Assembly: GCA_018897555.1 (NCBI GenBank)
Contig: JAHIKK010000034.1
Span: 4,527-68,526 of the forward strand
Direction: 5' to 3'
Source: Candidatus Omnitrophota bacterium
Lineage (GTDB): Bacteria > Omnitrophota > Gorgyraeia > Gygaellales > Profunditerraquicolaceae
Length of the DNA stretch: 64,000 nt
Shown here piece after piece: positions 58,466 to 64,000 of the stretch. Position 1 is the first letter of the stretch. Every line of letters starts with the position of its first letter. Made by a program: the position numbers and the translations under genes. The notes under the pieces are model-generated. The model made no database searches and had not been told where the DNA came from. It saw only the letters and a program-made list of their open reading frames with translations.

Positions 58466-58545
58466 GTGCAAATTAATAACTGGGCAACACCCCGCGCTAA
58501 TTGGTATTGCGCGGGTGTTATGTAACTACATAAGGAGGTAACAAG

Positions 58546-58836
58546 ATGGAGATTAAACCATTGGGTGATCGCATTGTCGTTAAACCTTTAGAGGCAGAGA
58601 ATAAAAGTAAGGGCGGTATTGTCCTGCCGGATTCTGCCAAGGAAAAACCGCAAGAGGCCAAAGTGGTGGCTGTAGGCAAAGGCAAGATATTAGAGAGTGG
58701 TGCCGTTTGTGCCCCTGAAGTAAAAGTCGGAGATAAGGTAATCTTTGGAAAATATTCCGGCAATGAGTTTATTACCAAAGAAGGCGAAGAGTTGCTTATT
58801 CTGCGTGAGGAAGATATTTTAGCGATTATTAAATAA
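58546..58836 (+). CDS. groES: Co-chaperonin GroES
   Basis: [14 protein letters not shown] start. Confidence 0.95.
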   Translation: MEIKPLGDRIVVKPLEAENKSKGGIVLPDSAKEKPQEAKVVAVGKGKILESGAVCAPEVKVGDKVIFGKYSGNEFITKEGEELLILREEDILAIIK

Positions 58837-58870
58837 GAAAAGAGGCACCTGCCTCAAATAAGGAGGATTT

Positions 58871-60508
58871 ATGGCAAAGCAATTATTGTACAGCGACGAT
58901 GCCCGTCGTAAGATTTTAAGGGGCGTAGAACAGCTGGCCGCTGCGGTAAAAGTAACTTTAGGCCCTAAGGGACGGAACGTAATCATCGACAAAAAATTTG
59001 GTTCCCCGACCATCACTAAAGATGGTGTGACTGTAGCCAAGGAAATTGATTTAGAGGATGCCTTTGAAAATATGGGCGCGCAGATGGTTAAAGAAGTTGC
59101 CGAAAAAACCTCTGACAACGCCGGTGATGGCACCACTACCGCTACCGTCTTAGCCGAAGCGATCTATCGCGAAGGTTTAAAGAACGTTACTGCCGGATCA
59201 AACCCTATGGCATTAAAACGCGGGATTGAAAAAGCAGTCATAAAAGTAGTTGAGGAACTTGGAAAGCTCTCTACTCCGATCAAAGATAAAAAAGAAATTG
59301 CTCAGGTTGCCAGCATTGCGGCTAACTCTGATACCAATATTGGAGAATTAATTGCCGAGGCCATGGATAAAGTAGGTAAGGACGGCGTAATTACCGTGGA
59401 AGAAGCAAAATCTACCGCCACTACTTTAGATGTGGTGGAAGGAATGCAGTTTGATCAGGGCTATTTATCGCCCTACTTTGTAACCGATGCCGAGAGAATG
59501 GAAGTGCTCTTAGAAGATGCCTACATTCTTATCTATGAGAAAAAGATATCTGCAATTAAAGATATCCTGCCTTTATTAGAAAAGATTGCCCGTGTAAGCA
59601 AGCCGCTTTTGATCCTTGCCGAAGAAGTTGACGGGGAAGCTTTAGCCACTTTAGTCGTTAACAAGATTCGGGGCACCTTTGTTGCCTGCGCAGTGAAAGC
59701 TCCGGGTTATGGCGACAGGCGTAAAGCCATGCTTGAAGATATCGCTATTTTAACCGGCGGTAAAGCCTTGACGGAAGATCTAGGTATCAAGCTGGAAAAT
59801 ATCGATATTGAAGACTTAGGCCGCGCTAAAAAAATAAAAATCGACAAAGAAAACACAACTATTGTTGAAGGTGCGGGTAAGAAGGCAGTGATCAATGCCA
59901 GGATCAGCCAGCTAAAGAAGCAAATTGAAGATACGGATTCAGATTATGATAAAGAGAAGCTGCAGGAACGCCTGGCTAAATTGGCCGGTGGAGTTGCCGT
60001 AATCAATGTAGGCGCAGCCACAGAAACAGAGATGAAGGAAAAAAAGGCTCGCGTTGAAGATGCCTTGCATGCAACCCGCGCAGCTACTCAGGAAGGTATT
60101 GTTCCCGGAGGCGGCGTAGCGTTTATCCGCACTATTGCGGCTTTAGATAAACTAAAGCTGGAAGGTGACGAGAAGATTGGCGTTGATATTGTAAAACGCG
60201 CTATCGAGGAACCCTTAAGACAGATCGCGCAAAACGCCGGTTTGGAAGGCTCGGTAGTAGTGCAAAGAATCAAACAAGAAAAAACCAATATCGGTTATGA
60301 TGTCAGCCAGGATGCTTATGTGGATATGATTGAAGCCGGTGTAATCGATCCTACAAAAGTAACCCGTTCAGCTTTACAGAATGCTGCCAGTATTGCCGCG
60401 TTATTACTTACCACTGAGGTTTTAATTGTAGATAAGCCTGAAAAAGATGATAAGATGCCTGGGGGTATGGGCGGAATGGGTGGCATGGGTGGTGGAGGAA
60501 TGTATTAA
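58871..60508 (+). CDS. groEL: Chaperonin GroEL
   Basis: [12 protein letters not shown] start and a C-terminal GGM repeat tail. Confidence 0.95.
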   Translation: MAKQLLYSDDARRKILRGVEQLAAAVKVTLGPKGRNVIIDKKFGSPTITKDGVTVAKEIDLEDAFENMGAQMVKEVAEKTSDNAGDGTTTATVLAEAIYREGLKNVTAGSNPMALKRGIEKAVIKVVEELGKLSTPIKDKKEIAQVASIAANSDTNIGELIAEAMDKVGKDGVITVEEAKSTATTLDVVEGMQFDQGYLSPYFVTDAERMEVLLEDAYILIYEKKISAIKDILPLLEKIARVSKPLLILAEEVDGEALATLVVNKIRGTFVACAVKAPGYGDRRKAMLEDIAILTGGKALTEDLGIKLENIDIEDLGRAKKIKIDKENTTIVEGAGKKAVINARISQLKKQIEDTDSDYDKEKLQERLAKLAGGVAVINVGAATETEMKEKKARVEDALHATRAATQEGIVPGGGVAFIRTIAALDKLKLEGDEKIGVDIVKRAIEEPLRQIAQNAGLEGSVVVQRIKQEKTNIGYDVSQDAYVDMIEAGVIDPTKVTRSALQNAASIAALLLTTEVLIVDKPEKDDKMPGGMGGMGGMGGGGMY

Positions 60509-60545
60509 ACAGCTGTAAGCCATAAGTTGTAAGCTGTAAAATAAA

Positions 60546-60606
60546 GGGGACGGTTCTATTTTTTCGAGTTTAATTCCAGATAAATAGAACCGTCCCCGTG
60601 TTTTTT
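60546..60606 (+). terminator. Rho-independent terminator after groEL. Its stem (GGGGACGGTTCTATTT/AAATAGAACCGTCCCC) is a variant of the palindromic repeat family
   Basis: 16-bp stem followed by GTGTTTTTT. Confidence 0.75.
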
Positions 60607-60737
60607 AAATATATCTTGACAAATACCTCAGTTTAATATAAAATTATTAATCCTTTCAGCGATAATCCCAAGGTGAGGCAAATATTCATAACTTATTGCA
60701 AAACAAGGGTTTAATATCATAATAAGGAGAATTTAAG

Positions 60738-61898
60738 ATGGCGGAATGGATCGGTATAAACAGGCGCGCAAGAAGATGTTATGGCTTTGATGAGGTAGCC
60801 TTAGTTCCCGGAAGCCAAACCGTTAATCCTAATGAGGTAGACACGAGTTTTAAATTTAATGGAAAAAAAATTAAAATACCCATCTTAGCCGCAGCCATGG
60901 ATGGAGTGGTAGATGTAAAGTTTGCTATTGAAATGTCGCGTTTAGGCGGGATTGCGGTTTTAAACCTCGATGGTATACAGACCCGTTATGAAAATCCGGA
61001 TGAAGTACTCAAAGAAATATCCCAAGCTACTCCCCAAAAAGCTACAGAATTAATTCAAGCGGTTTATTCCACGCCCATCAAAGAAAAGCTGGTCACTAAA
61101 AGAGTCGCCCAAATTAAAAAAGCCGGAGCGATGGCGGTGGTTAGCTGTATTCCGGCTAATGCCGAAAAATTTTCGAAATTAACCATTGCTGCCGGGGTAG
61201 ATATTTTTATCATCCAGTCCACCGTGGCCACACTTAAGCATCTCTCTAAAGAATATAAAACATTGGATCTGGTCAAGTTTTGTAAGTCTGTAAAAATTCC
61301 GGTCATCCTGGGAAATTGCGTAACCTATGAAACAACCCTGGAACTTATGGGAACAGGGGCCAGCGGCTTACTCGTCGGAATAGGTCCGGGTGCTGCCTGC
61401 ACTACGCGCGGCGTATTAGGTATCGGAGTCCCCCAGGTTACAGCTACCGTGGATGCCGCGGGAGCACGCGATTTTTATTTTAAACGCACGGGAAAATATG
61501 TTTCGATTATTACTGACGGCGGAATGAACCGCGGCGGAGATATCTGTAAGGCCTTTGCCTGCGGAGCAGATGCCGTAATGATCGGCTCAAGTTTTGCCCG
61601 CGCCAAAGAAGCTCCCGGAAGAGGATTTCATTGGGGCATGGCTACTTCCCATGTTAATTTACCCCGCGGAACCCGGATTCAAGTGGGTACCACCGGCGCG
61701 TTAAAAGATATTTTACTCGGGCCGGCAAAAGTTGATGACGGCTCGCAGAACCTCCTGGGCGCTTTGAAAACTTCCATGGGTTCATTGGGAGCATCAAACA
61801 TAAAAGAAATGCATGATGTAGAGATAATCATTGCTCCTTCAATCCAAACTGAAGGCAAAATTTTCCAGGTAGGCCAAAGAGTAGGAATGGGGAAATAA
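60738..61898 (+). CDS. guaB: IMP dehydrogenase family protein lacking the CBS subdomain (GuaB3-like)
   Basis: IMPDH TIM-barrel with catalytic-Cys loop [11 protein letters not shown]. Only 386 aa, with no CBS pair. Immediately upstream of guaA. Confidence 0.65.
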   Translation: MAEWIGINRRARRCYGFDEVALVPGSQTVNPNEVDTSFKFNGKKIKIPILAAAMDGVVDVKFAIEMSRLGGIAVLNLDGIQTRYENPDEVLKEISQATPQKATELIQAVYSTPIKEKLVTKRVAQIKKAGAMAVVSCIPANAEKFSKLTIAAGVDIFIIQSTVATLKHLSKEYKTLDLVKFCKSVKIPVILGNCVTYETTLELMGTGASGLLVGIGPGAACTTRGVLGIGVPQVTATVDAAGARDFYFKRTGKYVSIITDGGMNRGGDICKAFACGADAVMIGSSFARAKEAPGRGFHWGMATSHVNLPRGTRIQVGTTGALKDILLGPAKVDDGSQNLLGALKTSMGSLGASNIKEMHDVEIIIAPSIQTEGKIFQVGQRVGMGK

Positions 61899-61899
61899 A

Positions 61900-63489
61900 A
61901 TGAAGAAAAAAGTCAAGTTAAAAAAACCACAGGAAAAGAAGAACGGAATGACCAGGCAAATAATAGTAATTTTGGATTTTGGTTCGCAATATACGCAATT
62001 AATCGCCCGCCGTGTAAGAGAAAATAAAGTTTTCTCAATAATTATTCCTTACAATACCCCGGCCAAAGAGATTGCCGTGTTAAATCCAAAAGGGATCATT
62101 CTCTCCGGCGGCCCGGCTTCAGTGATCGATAAGAAATCACCTTATCCTGACCTGGGTATCTTTAAGTTAGGTGTACCGATATTGGGTATCTGCTACGGAA
62201 TGCAGGTTATCTGCGAGCTGTTAGGAGGCAAGGTCAGGCATACCCGCGAGCGTGAATATGGAAAAGTAGAATTATTTATTGATGACAACCGGGATCTTTT
62301 CAGCCACCTGCCGGGTAATTTTACCTGCTGGGCCAGCCATGGGGATTATGTAACCAAAATGCCCTCCGGATTCCACACCATCGGGCATACTACCAATACC
62401 CCGATTGCGGCAATCTCTAACCAAAAAAGAAAAATATTTGCCGTGCAGTTCCATCCGGAAGTAACGCATACGGAAAAAGGCAATCAGATCTTAAGTAATT
62501 TTTTATTTAAAGCTTGCGGCGCCTCCAGTAGATGGACGATGCAATCCTTTATTAAAGAATCGATTGAGAATATTAAAAAAATCATCGGCAAAGATAGAGT
62601 AGTTTTGGGTTTAAGCGGCGGGGTGGATTCATCTGTGGCGGCTTTGTTAATTCACAAAGCCATCGGTAAAAATTTACGCTGTATTTTTATCGATAACGGA
62701 CTGCTCAGAAAAGGTGAAGCCGCGCAGGTCAAGAGCGTTTTTAAAGACTTCTACCATCTTAATTTAAGCTATGTTGACAGAAGCAAAAGATTCCTTGAAC
62801 GCTTAAAAGGGATAACGGATCCGGAGGAAAAAAGAAAGATCATCGGAGATGAATTCATTAAAGTATTTGAAGAAGAGGCAAAAAAAACCAAAGGGGTAAA
62901 GTTTTTGGGCCAAGGCACTCTTTATCCGGATGTAATCGAATCTATCTCACCTACGGGCGGGCCAAGCAGAAAAATTAAAAGCCATCACAATGTCGGAGGC
63001 TTACCTGCGCAGATGAAGCTTAAACTTATTGAGCCTTTACGGGAATTATTTAAAGACGAAGCGCGTCAAATCGGCAGTCAGTTAGGATTACCGGAAAATA
63101 TCATTCAGCGTCAGCCGTTTCCCGGCCCGGGGCTGGCGGTAAGAATTATCGGAGAAATTAATCTTAGCCGGCTTGAGCTTCTGCGCGAAGCAGATAAACG
63201 CGTGATTGAAGAAATTTCAAAAGCCGGGCTATATGATCAAATCTGGCAGTCCTTCGCCGTATTACTCCCCATTAAAAGCGTGGGAATAATGGGTGATGAG
63301 CGCACCTATGAAAATGTCTGCGCCTTACGCTGCGTATCCAGTTTTGACGGTATGACTGCGGATTGGGTAAAACTTCCTTATGAAGTTATGGAAAAGATCT
63401 CCAATCGTATCATCAATGAAGTAAAAGGAATCAACCGGGTAGTTTACGATATAAGCTCTAAGCCTCCGGCAACCATAGAGTGGGAATAA
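61900..63489 (+). CDS. guaA: GMP synthase (glutamine-hydrolysing)
   Basis: Class I glutamine amidotransferase domain plus ATP pyrophosphatase SGGVDSSV motif. Confidence 0.95.
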   Translation: MKKKVKLKKPQEKKNGMTRQIIVILDFGSQYTQLIARRVRENKVFSIIIPYNTPAKEIAVLNPKGIILSGGPASVIDKKSPYPDLGIFKLGVPILGICYGMQVICELLGGKVRHTREREYGKVELFIDDNRDLFSHLPGNFTCWASHGDYVTKMPSGFHTIGHTTNTPIAAISNQKRKIFAVQFHPEVTHTEKGNQILSNFLFKACGASSRWTMQSFIKESIENIKKIIGKDRVVLGLSGGVDSSVAALLIHKAIGKNLRCIFIDNGLLRKGEAAQVKSVFKDFYHLNLSYVDRSKRFLERLKGITDPEEKRKIIGDEFIKVFEEEAKKTKGVKFLGQGTLYPDVIESISPTGGPSRKIKSHHNVGGLPAQMKLKLIEPLRELFKDEARQIGSQLGLPENIIQRQPFPGPGLAVRIIGEINLSRLELLREADKRVIEEISKAGLYDQIWQSFAVLLPIKSVGIMGDERTYENVCALRCVSSFDGMTADWVKLPYEVMEKISNRIINEVKGINRVVYDISSKPPATIEWE

Positions 63490-63507
63490 ATTAGCTAAGT
63501 ACCTGCA

Positions 63508-64000
63508 ATGCCACACTCTGAATTCGTCCACCTCCACCTGCACACGCAATACAGCCTTCTTGATGGAGCCTGCCGTATACCGGAGATACTCGCCATTGCT
63601 AAAAGTTTCAAAATGGATTCTTTGGCCATCACCGATCATGGCAGCATGTTCGGGGCTATTGATTTCTATCTCGAAGCGCAAAAAACAGGAATCAAACCCA
63701 TCATTGGCTGTGAAGTTTACGTTGCCCCGCAAAGCCGCTTGGAGAAAAAAAGCGGCGGCATAGAAGATGCCGCTAATCACCTAATTCTTTTAGCCCGCAA
63801 TGAAGAGGGGTATCATAATCTGATGAAGCTGGTCTCCATCGGTTATCTGGAAGGATTCTATTACCGGCCGCGGATTGATAAAGAGGTTCTCGCCCAACAT
63901 TCCGCCGGATTGATCGGCTTATCTGCCTGCCTTAAAGGAGAAATTCCCTGCTTGATACTGCAAAAACGTTTTAACGACGCAATAAAAGCCGCGGACACTT
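63508..64000 (+). CDS. dnaE: DNA polymerase III alpha subunit, N-terminal PHP domain (runs off the window end)
   Basis: FVHLHLHTQYSLLDGA PHP motif. The frame is open to the window edge. Confidence 0.85.
   Translation, partial: MPHSEFVHLHLHTQYSLLDGACRIPEILAIAKSFKMDSLAITDHGSMFGAIDFYLEAQKTGIKPIIGCEVYVAPQSRLEKKSGGIEDAANHLILLARNEEGYHNLMKLVSIGYLEGFYYRPRIDKEVLAQHSAGLIGLSACLKGEIPCLILQKRFNDAIKAADT

Noticed and set aside
60509-60737. Possible purine riboswitch in the guaB leader
   Set aside because: The leader has a promoter-like TTGACA...TATAAA but none of the conserved purine-aptamer segments I could recognise. No call was made.
63325-63780. 151-aa minus-strand ORF at the guaA/dnaE junction
   Set aside because: It overlaps the well-supported guaA 3' end and dnaE 5' end on the opposite strand and has no motifs.
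1-64000. CRISPR arrays, insertion sequences, integrase or transposase genes, toxin-antitoxin or restriction-modification systems
   Set aside because: No short regularly spaced direct repeats, no transposase/integrase-like translations, and no defence-type ATPase or nuclease genes were seen. The only repeat family is the palindromic hairpin set listed in the features.

Overview
This is an AT-rich bacterial chromosomal segment. It is almost entirely + strand and densely packed with housekeeping genes, and the gene content suggests an anaerobic, probably uncultivated lineage. Readable genes include: rpoD (3' part), ruvC-ruvA, scpB, an aromatic amino-acid cluster (pheA-hisC-DAHP synthase-tyrA), cmk, lepA-lepB, pgsA-plsY, gatCAB, ctp, tsaD, tilS, ftsH, folP, cdaA, pdxJ-acpS, gpsA, a threonine operon (hom-thrC-coaB-apgM-like-lysC), cimA/leuA, valS, nadC, uvrB, coaX, groES/groEL behind a CIRCE operator, a guaB-like gene, guaA and the start of dnaE. 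RNA genes are RNase P RNA (rnpB), seven tRNAs (two or three of them CAU) in a Thr-Tyr-Gly cluster with a duplicated tRNA-Thr 3' half, and tRNA-Pro. Non-routine content, in rough order of interest: (1) a three-gene module of an MgtC-like membrane protein, a bactofilin fused to an excisionase-type HTH, and a tail-anchored HTH protein, upstream of LarB; (2) a Wood-Ljungdahl methyl-branch cassette (acsC, RACo, acsD, acsE) with no CODH/ACS; (3) a family of near-identical long palindromic repeats, two of which bracket the only large minus-strand gene, an orphan 1080-aa GH94-like protein; (4) GC-rich palindromic insertions in-frame in valS; (5) a divergent ThyA-like gene next to the tRNA cluster; (6) c-di-GMP parts (a PAS/degenerate GGDEF/HD-GYP protein and tandem PilZ genes) and a cdaA followed by a 40-aa CdaR-anchor remnant. 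All calls come from reading the translations and the sequence; no database searches were run.
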